Shown here piece by piece: positions 56,641 through 64,000 of a DNA stretch of 64,000 nt. The position numbers and the translations under genes were made by a program. The notes under the pieces are model-generated. The model did no database searches. It had not been told where the DNA came from and was given only the letters and a program-made list of their open reading frames with translations. The stretch spans positions 6,261-70,260 of the forward strand of contig DDYY01000064.1 of assembly GCA_002346225.1 (NCBI GenBank). Direction: 5' to 3'. Within the stretch, counting starts at the first letter, position 1; every line of letters begins with the position of its first letter. This stretch comes from Bacteroidetes bacterium UBA3022 (GTDB lineage: Bacteria > Bacteroidota > Bacteroidia > Chitinophagales > BACL12).

Positions 56641-57894
56641 ATGCGTTGTATTATTTTCCTTTTAGTAAGCTGCATATCGGTTGCTCAAGGCCAGCAACAT
56701 GTATCTGCGCTCTTTCTGGGCAACAGCTATACCTTCTTTAATAATCTGCCACAAATTATTGCCGACATGGCGAGTACTACCGGCGATACATTGACCTATG
56801 CCAGCAATACACCCGGAGGCTACACTCTTCAAGCACATAGCACGAACCCGGCTTCCCTTTCACTTATTGATGAGGGCTCCTGGGATTATGTAGTGCTGCA
56901 GGAACAAAGCCAGCTGCCCAGCTTTCCTATTGAACAGGTGGAAACCGAAGTTTTTCCATTTGCAACACTACTCGACAGCCTTATTAACGAAGCCAATACC
57001 TGCGCAGAGACGGTATTTTTTATGACCTGGGGACGAAAGAACGGAGATGCTTTAAATTGTCCGGTATGGCCCCCTGTTTGTACCTATGAGGGTATGGACG
57101 ACCTGCTCCGCGAACGCTACCTGACTATGGCCATCGCCAATGAAGCTATTGTTTCGCCGGTAGGAGCACTTTGGCGCTACCTTCGCGATACAGCACCATG
57201 GATAGAATTGTACAGTCCGGATGAGAGCCATCCTTCTCCTGCTGGTTCATTTGCTGCTGCATGTGCTTTTTATACCGTATTCTTCCGAGAAGACCCAAGC
57301 TTAACCGCTTTTCCGTATACACTGGATCCAATAACCGCTTCTACTATTCGGGACGCTGCCAAAACGGTGGTGTACGACAGCCTGAGCTACCGGCAGGTGG
57401 GCAATTATGATCCTGTTGCGGCTTTTGACATAACACCGGGAACAGCGGGAAGCGTAAATATTATCAATACATCAGAGCGCGCGGATACCTATAGCTGGGA
57501 TATGGGGGATGCTAGTATCTACTCCGAGTTTGAACCTGTTCATACCTATGCTTTAAATGGATTGTATGAAGTTGAGTTGATAGCTTCCCGTTGTAACTAT
57601 TCCGATACAGCTGCAAATTCTGTTGAGATATTGCTTACGCATACACTGGCAATGCCTGATGAAAGCCGATTGAAAACAGCTTTACCCAATTATATCTACG
57701 CAGATATATCAATGGTGGGTACTTCCTATCTGGAGATAACAGGCATGGGAGGCTACCGGCAACGTATGGCACTCCAACAGGGAGAAACTGAATTACGAAT
57801 ACAGGTACCTGCCACCGGAGTCTATATTATTCAGTTGTATAATAATACTCAATTGTTACAACAACTAAAGTGTATTTTATTGAGTACTAATTGA
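56641..57894 (+). CDS. SGNH-type (DUF4886-like) hydrolase with PKD domain and probable T9SS tail
   Basis: FLGNSYT, VVLQEQS, DESHP. PKD YSWDMGD..PVHTY..G.Y.V.L. C-terminal TGVYIIQL. Confidence 0.8.
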   Translation: MRCIIFLLVSCISVAQGQQHVSALFLGNSYTFFNNLPQIIADMASTTGDTLTYASNTPGGYTLQAHSTNPASLSLIDEGSWDYVVLQEQSQLPSFPIEQVETEVFPFATLLDSLINEANTCAETVFFMTWGRKNGDALNCPVWPPVCTYEGMDDLLRERYLTMAIANEAIVSPVGALWRYLRDTAPWIELYSPDESHPSPAGSFAAACAFYTVFFREDPSLTAFPYTLDPITASTIRDAAKTVVYDSLSYRQVGNYDPVAAFDITPGTAGSVNIINTSERADTYSWDMGDASIYSEFEPVHTYALNGLYEVELIASRCNYSDTAANSVEILLTHTLAMPDESRLKTALPNYIYADISMVGTSYLEITGMGGYRQRMALQQGETELRIQVPATGVYIIQLYNNTQLLQQLKCILLSTN

Positions 57895-57961
57895 TAAATG
57901 TAGGTTTATCAGTACTTTCAGCTCTGCTTACATGAATCCAATGTTAAAAATTATTGTCCCA

Positions 57962-57981
57962 ATTGTTAACTTTGTAACAAT
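57962..57981. promoter_or_regulatory. Palindrome overlapping the -7 element upstream of the MarR gene
   Basis: ATTGTTA-ACTTTG-TAACAAT; contains TAACTTTG (57967-57974). Confidence 0.55.
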
Positions 57982-57995
57982 GCAATAGTTTAAAT

Positions 57996-58430
57996 ATGGG
58001 TAAAGCAAGTAAAATAGATGTTGAAACATTAATCATTCAGCTCGATACCCTTGTAAAACGGGTAAAACAAGAGGTAAGTCAATCTTTACAGATGGATGAA
58101 ATAAACATTACTGCAGATCAATGGATATTGCTCCGGCTGGTGATGGAACATGGTGGATTGACCCAAAAAGATTTGGCAGCATTAGCCGGCAAAGACAAGC
58201 CTACAGTAACCCGCATGCTCGAACTCATGATTGAAAAAGACTGGGTGGTGAAGGAACCCACTCCCGGCGACAGGCGGTCGTACCTTATCTTACCTACCAA
58301 ATATGGTCAGGAAACCTACCGAATTGCCAGAGATGGTGTAGCAAAGGCTTACAAAAGAGTCTGGAAATCCGCCGGTAAAAAGGAAACAAAGGGCGCATGG
58401 AACCTATGCAAGCAATTGCTGGATAATTAA
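57996..58430 (+). CDS. MarR-family transcriptional regulator
   Basis: ITADQWILL, LTQKDLA..KDKPTVTRML, DRRS..I..T..G. Confidence 0.92.
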   Translation: MGKASKIDVETLIIQLDTLVKRVKQEVSQSLQMDEINITADQWILLRLVMEHGGLTQKDLAALAGKDKPTVTRMLELMIEKDWVVKEPTPGDRRSYLILPTKYGQETYRIARDGVAKAYKRVWKSAGKKETKGAWNLCKQLLDN

Positions 58431-58576
58431 GAAGCATAGAAGTTGTCTTATCAATAAAAATTTTTACTATTAATCATTTTAAGCCTTCCTTTTTATTTTA
58501 ATTGTTCTAACAACTAATAATTTTTCTTGGAATAACTATACTCATTGGATCCGGGCCAACCTGTATATTTACCATT

Positions 58577-58915
58577 ATGGAAAAGGCACTCACCCTGCAA
58601 CAAGCACAAGACCTTGTCGATAACTGGATACGCACCACCGGTGTCCGATACTTCAATGAGCTCACCAATATGGCAATGCTAACGGAAGAAGTAGGAGAAG
58701 TAGCACGCATTATAGCCCGCAGGTATGGAGAACAATCTGAAAAAGAGAGCGATAAAGGGAAGGTTCTTGCAGACGAACTTGCCGATGTGTTGTTTGTGCT
58801 GATATGCCTGGCCAATCAGACAGGGGTGGACCTCACTGCAGCATTGCAGCAAAATATGGAAAAGAAAACACAGCGGGATGGTCGCCGACATCAGGACAAT
58901 GAGAAGCTCAGTTAA
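58577..58915 (+). CDS. MazG-like nucleotide pyrophosphohydrolase (YpjD-like)
   Basis: LTEEVGEVAR, DELADVLFVLICLANQTGVDL, K..RD..RH. Confidence 0.93.
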   Translation: MEKALTLQQAQDLVDNWIRTTGVRYFNELTNMAMLTEEVGEVARIIARRYGEQSEKESDKGKVLADELADVLFVLICLANQTGVDLTAALQQNMEKKTQRDGRRHQDNEKLS

Positions 58916-58984
58916 GACCCGCTGCAACTAAGCAGCTGCCTAGGGTTGGTGGAATACCGCTTACTGGTATAACTTCGCAGGCAG

Positions 58985-60220
58985 ATGAACAACGCCGAAC
59001 GGCTGTTGCCGCTGCGCAACAAAGAATTCCGTTTTTTTCTGGGCATGCGCACCAGTCTCACCATCGCCTACCAGATACAGGCGGTAGTATGCGGCTGGGA
59101 AATTTTCAAAATCACCAACGATCCGCTTTCCCTTGGGCTGATAGGTCTGGCAGAAGCCATTCCCGCTATCTCCATCGCCTTGTACGCCGGCCATCTGGCA
59201 GATAAGAGCAACAAACGCAATCTTTTGCTGTGGACCATTACCGGCTTTCTCCTGTGTTCCATTGGTTTGGCCTGGGTTACCTCCGATGGATTTCGAAGTA
59301 TGCAGACAGATACCATGGTCGTCAACCTGATGTACCTGTTTATTTTTCTGAGTGGCTTCGCCAGAGGCTTCTATTCCCCCACCGGATTCTCATTTATTCC
59401 GCAGCTGGTTCCACGAACACAGTTGTCGCATGCCACCACACTCAACAGTACCTTCTGGCAGTTCTCTGCCATTTTGGGTCCGGCGATGGGTGGCTTTCTC
59501 TACGCCGGTTTCGGGATATCCGGAGCCATGATGGTGGTGCTATTTTTCTCCCTGGCTTCCTTGTTCAGCACCGCCAATATCGGTTCCAAACCGGTGGTAC
59601 AACTCGGCAACAAAGAGCCTATTGGCGAGCGCCTCCGCGAGGGATTGCGCTTTGTGTTCAGCAACAAAATCATTTTGAATGCGCTGGCGCTGGACATGTT
59701 TTCGGTATTGTTCGGGGGAGCCGTAGCATTGCTACCTGTTTTTGCCGATCAGATACTTTTTGTCGGTCCGCAGGGATTGGGTATGCTACGCGCCGCCCCA
59801 TCAGTTGGAGCAGTTATTACCATGAGCTGGCTCTCCCTACGCCATGTTCCCGGTAAGGCCGGTACCACCCTGATGTGGGCCGTTGCCTGCTTTGGGGTAT
59901 CCATTTTACTTTTCGGTATCAGTCGCAATTTTTACCTTTCTCTATTCCTGCTTTTCCTCAGCGGTGCCTTCGATAGTGTCAGTGTAATTATTCGTGCCAA
60001 CATCATTCAGCTACTTACGCCTGATGAAATGCGCGGAAGGGTGAGTGCAGTGAACAGCATGTTCATTGGTTCCAGTAACGAAATTGGTGCCTTCGAAAGT
60101 GGTGTAACAGCCAGGTGGATGGGTACTGTAGGTTCTGTGGTGTTTGGAGGAACCATGACCCTACTTATAGTAGGTTATACTGCTGTTAAGGCAAAGAAGC
60201 TAAAAGCATTTCACTACTAA
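58985..60220 (+). CDS. MFS transporter (EntS/DHA3-like)
   Basis: Twelve TM segments. LGLIGLAE, AGHLAD, LDMFSVLFGGAVALLP, MRGRVSAVNS.FIGSSNEIG. Confidence 0.93.
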   Translation: MNNAERLLPLRNKEFRFFLGMRTSLTIAYQIQAVVCGWEIFKITNDPLSLGLIGLAEAIPAISIALYAGHLADKSNKRNLLLWTITGFLLCSIGLAWVTSDGFRSMQTDTMVVNLMYLFIFLSGFARGFYSPTGFSFIPQLVPRTQLSHATTLNSTFWQFSAILGPAMGGFLYAGFGISGAMMVVLFFSLASLFSTANIGSKPVVQLGNKEPIGERLREGLRFVFSNKIILNALALDMFSVLFGGAVALLPVFADQILFVGPQGLGMLRAAPSVGAVITMSWLSLRHVPGKAGTTLMWAVACFGVSILLFGISRNFYLSLFLLFLSGAFDSVSVIIRANIIQLLTPDEMRGRVSAVNSMFIGSSNEIGAFESGVTARWMGTVGSVVFGGTMTLLIVGYTAVKAKKLKAFHY

Positions 60221-60228
60221 GGCAGGTA

Positions 60229-60564
60229 TCAGGTGAACTTGTAGTGGAGGTGTTCCAAACGCTGCAAAGCTTCTTTCCAGGAGGGAACGGTTTCTGCCTC
60301 GTAGTAAACAGACCGGTATTGGTGTGACACCTTTTTTGTGTCTTTCATAGCCCGTTTATGGGCCCCGTTTTTTTTGTACACCAGCATACTGTTCTCATCT
60401 GTCCAGGAAGTCAGTGTATAAGCCACATTCCAGCGAACCTTAGCTGAAAAACTCAGCAACCCTTTTTCTTTTTGTGCCTGAGAAACAGCCGCGGCGCTGC
60501 GCGCCATGAACAGGGGAAACATCCAAATACTTCTGATGCGGAGCTCTGTTATTGCTACTATCAT
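60229..60564 (-). CDS. DUF3291/ABM-like small protein
   Basis: TLTSW..E..M..Y...GAH..AM, PSWKEA. Confidence 0.7.
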   Translation of the reverse strand: MIVAITELRIRSIWMFPLFMARSAAAVSQAQKEKGLLSFSAKVRWNVAYTLTSWTDENSMLVYKKNGAHKRAMKDTKKVSHQYRSVYYEAETVPSWKEALQRLEHLHYKFT

Positions 60565-60644
60565 GATGTAAAGCTACATCCGGAAATAGAGGTCCGGAAA
60601 TGATTCGGATGAACCGGTGTTTTTGGCGGATGAGCAGGCCACAA

Positions 60645-60690
60645 GAAAGCAGGCAGGAAGGGAAGTTGCCCTCCTTTCCACGCCTGCTTC
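60645..60690 (-). terminator. Probable terminator after the sulfur cluster
   Basis: Imperfect long stem AAGCAGGC..GCCTGCTT, followed by TTCTT on the minus strand. Confidence 0.55.
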
Positions 60691-60712
60691 GCGGTACCCA
60701 ACCACAAATGGT

Positions 60713-61213
60713 TTATACAAAGATGATCTGGGTATGATCACCTGCTGCCAGTTCGTAGAACTCGGCAATGGTAATGATATCTTTTACGTGCTCGCTGAGA
60801 TCTTCTTTTTTCAGTTCGAACATATCTACCGCCAGCTTACAGGCGAAGATTTCACCTCCACCGGCCTCTATCATTTCCATGAATTCGCCTACCGGTGGTA
60901 TGTCCAGATCTTCCATTTTCTTGCGCATCATTCCGCTCGCCATTGCTTCCATTCCGGGTACAATACCCATTAAAGACGGGAAGGGAATGTTACCCGGAAG
61001 CCGCATGGCAGGGTTACCTACCACAGCGGTGTGCAGGTGTTCCATATGGCTTTTAGTGATAGCTTCCAGGCCGAAGAAGGTGAAGAACACTTTAGCTTCT
61101 ATACCTTCCATGACGGCACCATTGGCCATTACGAGCGCTGCATATACATCTTCTAAATTTCCTTTAGCACATATGATACAGACTTTTTTGAGTCTTTTAT
61201 CTTCGTTACTCAT
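60713..61213 (-). CDS. DsrE2/DrsH-like sulfurtransferase
   Basis: KG.LE..Y..L..A..A, FFTFFGL, FAC..AVDMF (conserved Cys). Confidence 0.88.
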   Translation of the reverse strand: MSNEDKRLKKVCIICAKGNLEDVYAALVMANGAVMEGIEAKVFFTFFGLEAITKSHMEHLHTAVVGNPAMRLPGNIPFPSLMGIVPGMEAMASGMMRKKMEDLDIPPVGEFMEMIEAGGGEIFACKLAVDMFELKKEDLSEHVKDIITIAEFYELAAGDHTQIIFV

Positions 61214-61230
61214 GATTATATTTTTTTAGG

Positions 61231-61545
61231 TTATACACAACTGGTTGGCTTAGGCACACCTGAGATTCTGGTGGCATATTTCAATGGCTTGCCGGGGAAC
61301 AGCTGATAGAACTCTTTCAGCTCTACTACACCGCTCTTTCCCATGCCGCGCATGGAGAGCTGTTCGCCTGCCCCCACTCTGTCGCGGATGAAATCGATAA
61401 CCGCATAGTGCTTCTCGCCTAACTGCTCAATACCAACTTCTTTAGCGATTTCCGGAGCCATCTCTTTGGTCCATTCGTCTTTGTTTAAAAGGAAGCCTTC
61501 TTCATTGACTTCGACTTCCTTACCTGCATACATTTTAGTTGCCAT
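61231..61545 (-). CDS. TusE/DsrC-family sulfur carrier (single C-terminal Cys)
   Basis: EEGFL....W...A..IA, H..VI.F.R, YQLFPGKP, GVPKPTSCV. Confidence 0.9.
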   Translation of the reverse strand: MATKMYAGKEVEVNEEGFLLNKDEWTKEMAPEIAKEVGIEQLGEKHYAVIDFIRDRVGAGEQLSMRGMGKSGVVELKEFYQLFPGKPLKYATRISGVPKPTSCV

Positions 61546-61550
61546 AACAT

Positions 61551-62231
61551 TTAATTTTTGGTTGGGTGATGAATTAATTCCTGTTTGCCCAGGTTTTTGA
61601 GGAAGGTGATAAAGAAGCCCAGGCCCTTCTTCGCTTCCTTGCTATTGAGTTCCCGCATGACCCTGATTAGGCCCATTTCGGGAATATCTTGTGTTTCTAC
61701 ATTTCGGAAAATCACGATGGCATTGTTCACCGCTTCCATCATATCGGGTTGGGTGATGCGCTTCACGGTTTCGAGAATGTTCACTACGTTATCAGATAGG
61801 TCCCTGATGTCATTGGCTCCAAAGTGCTCTACTACACGGTCGGCTACGGTGCCCATCTCTTTCAGGAAGGTGAAATATCCCTTCTCGTCCAGCACCTGCA
61901 GTTTTTCCACTGCGTCCAGACCTGCATTATGTATGATGAGCTCTGCATCCTTAGCCAGATCACCGGCACTTTCTGCCAGGTCGAGCAGGTTGTTGATATT
62001 GTCCATATTGCGGAGCAGCTTCACCAGCAGGTCGCCCATCATTTCCTGATCGATTTCCACGCCTGCATGCTCCAGCCGGCGCACGGCAGTATCGCTGAGG
62101 TCTTTCGTTATATGACCTACATCTGCCAGCAAATCGTCTACCTGTTCCTGTTGCTGTCTGCGTTCGTGCATATGCTCCAGCAGCAAATCGAGTTTGTTGT
62201 TGATGTCGCTTATTTGTTGTTCGGTGGTCAT
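61551..62231 (-). CDS. DUF1641-domain protein
   Basis: Helical protein with C-terminal MGLIRVMRELNSKE.KKGLGF...FLKNLG; adjacent to sqr. Confidence 0.8.
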   Translation of the reverse strand: MTTEQQISDINNKLDLLLEHMHERRQQQEQVDDLLADVGHITKDLSDTAVRRLEHAGVEIDQEMMGDLLVKLLRNMDNINNLLDLAESAGDLAKDAELIIHNAGLDAVEKLQVLDEKGYFTFLKEMGTVADRVVEHFGANDIRDLSDNVVNILETVKRITQPDMMEAVNNAIVIFRNVETQDIPEMGLIRVMRELNSKEAKKGLGFFITFLKNLGKQELIHHPTKN

Positions 62232-62247
62232 GGTTGGGTAGTTGATG

Positions 62248-63477
62248 TTATATGTTTTTACCTGCGAGGCTCATCTTGTTGCTGATGGGCAATTCTTTTC
62301 CTTTCAGCAGCATATGCCAGTAAATCCAGCGGAAGATGAGTTTACCGTAGTGGTTCATTTTCGATTCACTCAACAAGCTAAAGGGGCCAACGCCGGGTAG
62401 CGGGAAACTACCAGTGGTAGGCTCGGTATCGTAGTTGAAATCGAGCAGGGCGGCATTACCAAAACCGGTTTCAATATAACAGTTGGCATGTCCGTCGAAG
62501 CTGGCAGTCAGGGGCCGGCCTTCTATGGCACTGAGTATGTTCTCGTGCAATACTTCGCTGGCAAAATGGATGACTGAACCGGCTTTGGAAGTAGGCAGGT
62601 TGGCAGCATCTCCCAGCACGAAGACATTGTCAAAATCACGGGACCTCAGGGTGTATTTATCGGTTGGTACAAATCCGAAATCATCGCCCATTCCTGAGCG
62701 GATAATGGCTTTCGAGCCCATGTGCAGGGGAATGGTAACCAACAGATCGAAATCGATTTCTGTTCCACCAAAATCGGCTATTTTTTTGTTGTCATTGTCA
62801 ACTTCACCGATAAAGAAATCGCCTGTAACGTGGATATTTTTTCGTTCCAGCATATTACCCAATATGGCAGATGCCTTGGGTTTAGTGAAGGCGCCGGACA
62901 TAGGAGTTACATAATGGATTTCCACTTTATCGCGCATGCCGCGTTCTGTGAAATACCAGTCGGCCAGGAATGCGAATTCCAGTGGCGCTACCGGGCATTT
63001 TATGGGCATGTCGGCAATGTTGATCACCAGCTTGCCACCTTCCCATGTTTTCAGCTTATCGGCCAGCGCTACAGCACCGTTCAGTGTATAGAAGTCAAAG
63101 ATGTCTTTATACCACAGGTCTTCCTTCATACCGGGTGTTTCTTCAGGCGCAATCCGAGTACCCGTGGCGATGATGAGGTAGTCATAGGAGAGTTCCTGAC
63201 CGTCGAGCAGCAGCACCTTATTCTCGGCTGCCATGATTTTATCGACACCGACAAATATCCGCTCCACGCCGCGGGGCAAAAAGTTGGTGGTCGGTTTAAT
63301 GACGTCTTCTTTTTTATAGATACCAAAGGGAATAAATAGGTAACCGGGCTGGTAGTGGTGTTCGCGGTATTCGTCTACAATGGTGATTTCCCACTCACCT
63401 TTGGGGAGGTCTTTCCTCAACTTGTTGGCCATAATGGTACCGGCTGTGCCTGCACCTAATATCAATAATCGCTTCAT
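62248..63477 (-). CDS. sqr: Sulfide:quinone oxidoreductase (type III-like)
   Basis: GAGTAG FAD motif, HHYQPG.LF, IKCPVAPLE, GDA..LPTSKAGS, DGHANCYIETG. Confidence 0.88.
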   Translation of the reverse strand: MKRLLILGAGTAGTIMANKLRKDLPKGEWEITIVDEYREHHYQPGYLFIPFGIYKKEDVIKPTTNFLPRGVERIFVGVDKIMAAENKVLLLDGQELSYDYLIIATGTRIAPEETPGMKEDLWYKDIFDFYTLNGAVALADKLKTWEGGKLVINIADMPIKCPVAPLEFAFLADWYFTERGMRDKVEIHYVTPMSGAFTKPKASAILGNMLERKNIHVTGDFFIGEVDNDNKKIADFGGTEIDFDLLVTIPLHMGSKAIIRSGMGDDFGFVPTDKYTLRSRDFDNVFVLGDAANLPTSKAGSVIHFASEVLHENILSAIEGRPLTASFDGHANCYIETGFGNAALLDFNYDTEPTTGSFPLPGVGPFSLLSESKMNHYGKLIFRWIYWHMLLKGKELPISNKMSLAGKNI

Positions 63478-63610
63478 GGTTGGGTATATTGCTGATTTTT
63501 TATACTGCAAAGCAACTGCATAAGGCACCGGGGCGGTGTGTCAACAGTTACATAAGAAGATGATTGAAATCACCCTATCGGCGATATGGGGATATAAGAC
63601 AGGAAAGCGC

Positions 63611-63646
63611 AAAAAAAAACACCGCCCCGGAGGAGTCCGGGACGGC
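63611..63646 (-). terminator. Intrinsic terminator
   Basis: Minus strand CCGTCCCGGA-CTCC-TCCGGGGCGG-TG-T9. Confidence 0.8.
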
Positions 63647-63692
63647 ATTTGAACCGATCTTAACCTATTACTAATCAGTTGCCTGATTGCAA
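63611..63692 (-). ncRNA. Candidate ~80-nt sigma54-dependent small RNA or leader
   Basis: Bounded by a -24/-12-like promoter and a strong terminator. No ORF of note. Confidence 0.3.
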
Positions 63693-63702
63693 CATTATAC
63701 GA

Positions 63703-63717
63703 ACAAAGTGTATGCCA
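63703..63717 (-). promoter_or_regulatory. Sigma54-like -24/-12 promoter
   Basis: TGGCATACACTTTGT: correct spacing from the GG to the TTG; the -12 C is replaced by T. Confidence 0.45.
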
Positions 63718-63833
63718 AAAAGTTCAACAATTTCCAGATGTATCTACCAGCATCGCATCGGGTTTTATTCAGATGCAGTTTTTTACTCCAAATTTTTTTC
63801 CCTGCCCTTCTTTTTCTCTGCGGTTATCCATCT

Positions 63834-63874
63834 AAAAAAAAATCCCGCTCCTAAGTAGTGCTCGGAGCGGGATT
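63834..63874 (-). terminator. Terminator after the T9SS cargo gene
   Basis: AATCCCGCTCC/GGAGCGGGATT stem followed by a T run on the minus strand. Confidence 0.85.
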
Positions 63875-63912
63875 AAAACAAACGTATCAATTAATTCGCT
63901 TACAGCGCATTA

Positions 63913-64000
63913 TTACTGAATAATTACCAACTGACCACTGTACAAACCATTTGCTGTCTGTACCCGCAGCGTGTAGTTACCGGCAGGCAAGCCACTTACA
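63913..64000 (-). CDS. 3' end of a T9SS type A cargo protein (truncated by window edge)
   Basis: Manual translation gives VSGLPAGNYTLRVQTANGLYSGQLVIIQ*, a typical CTD end. Not in the ORF track. Confidence 0.75.
   Translation of the reverse strand, partial: VSGLPAGNYTLRVQTANGLYSGQLVIIQ

Noticed and set aside
56430-56675. 81-aa minus-strand ORF between the propeller and SGNH genes
   Set aside because: It overlaps the SGNH start, has no recognisable motif and lies in an AT-rich divergent promoter region.
61231-61545. DsrC indicating dissimilatory sulfite reduction or reverse Dsr
   Set aside because: It lacks the second conserved Cys of true DsrC, and no dsrAB is present in the window.

Overview
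A 64-kb chromosomal segment from a Bacteroidota genome. The evidence is T9SS C-terminal sorting domains, TAnnTTTG -7 promoter elements, signal peptides cleaved before Gln, and an atpBEFHAG operon without atpDC. Housekeeping genes include an Opp/Dpp permease pair, purQ, dsbD, recA, scpB-rluB, atpBEFHAG, an OmpR-family two-component pair, nrdJ, a GGGP-synthase-family gene, rsgA-dtd and kbl. Four accessory modules are interleaved with them. (1) A proteorhodopsin-blh cassette lies right after the ATP synthase operon and is bracketed by degenerate 7-mer tandem repeats. (2) A tightly coupled 9-gene minus-strand operon (29519-39049) encodes a degenerate DUF2064/CofC-like protein ending in an RGPP arrest-type motif, a TonB-dependent receptor, a YnjBCD-like ABC importer, a radical SAM enzyme with a twitch-like Cys set and two paralogous GATase-fold-like proteins. 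This operon is the best candidate for an undescribed system: a ribosome-stalling-controlled uptake and radical-processing pathway. (3) An MbnP-like protein with a T9SS tail sits next to two di-haem MbnH/MauG-like enzymes. (4) An sqr-DUF1641-tusE-dsrE2 sulfur cluster has a candidate sigma54-driven small RNA upstream. No rRNA, tRNA, CRISPR array, integrase or transposase was recognised. All family assignments come from motif recognition by eye; no database searches were run.
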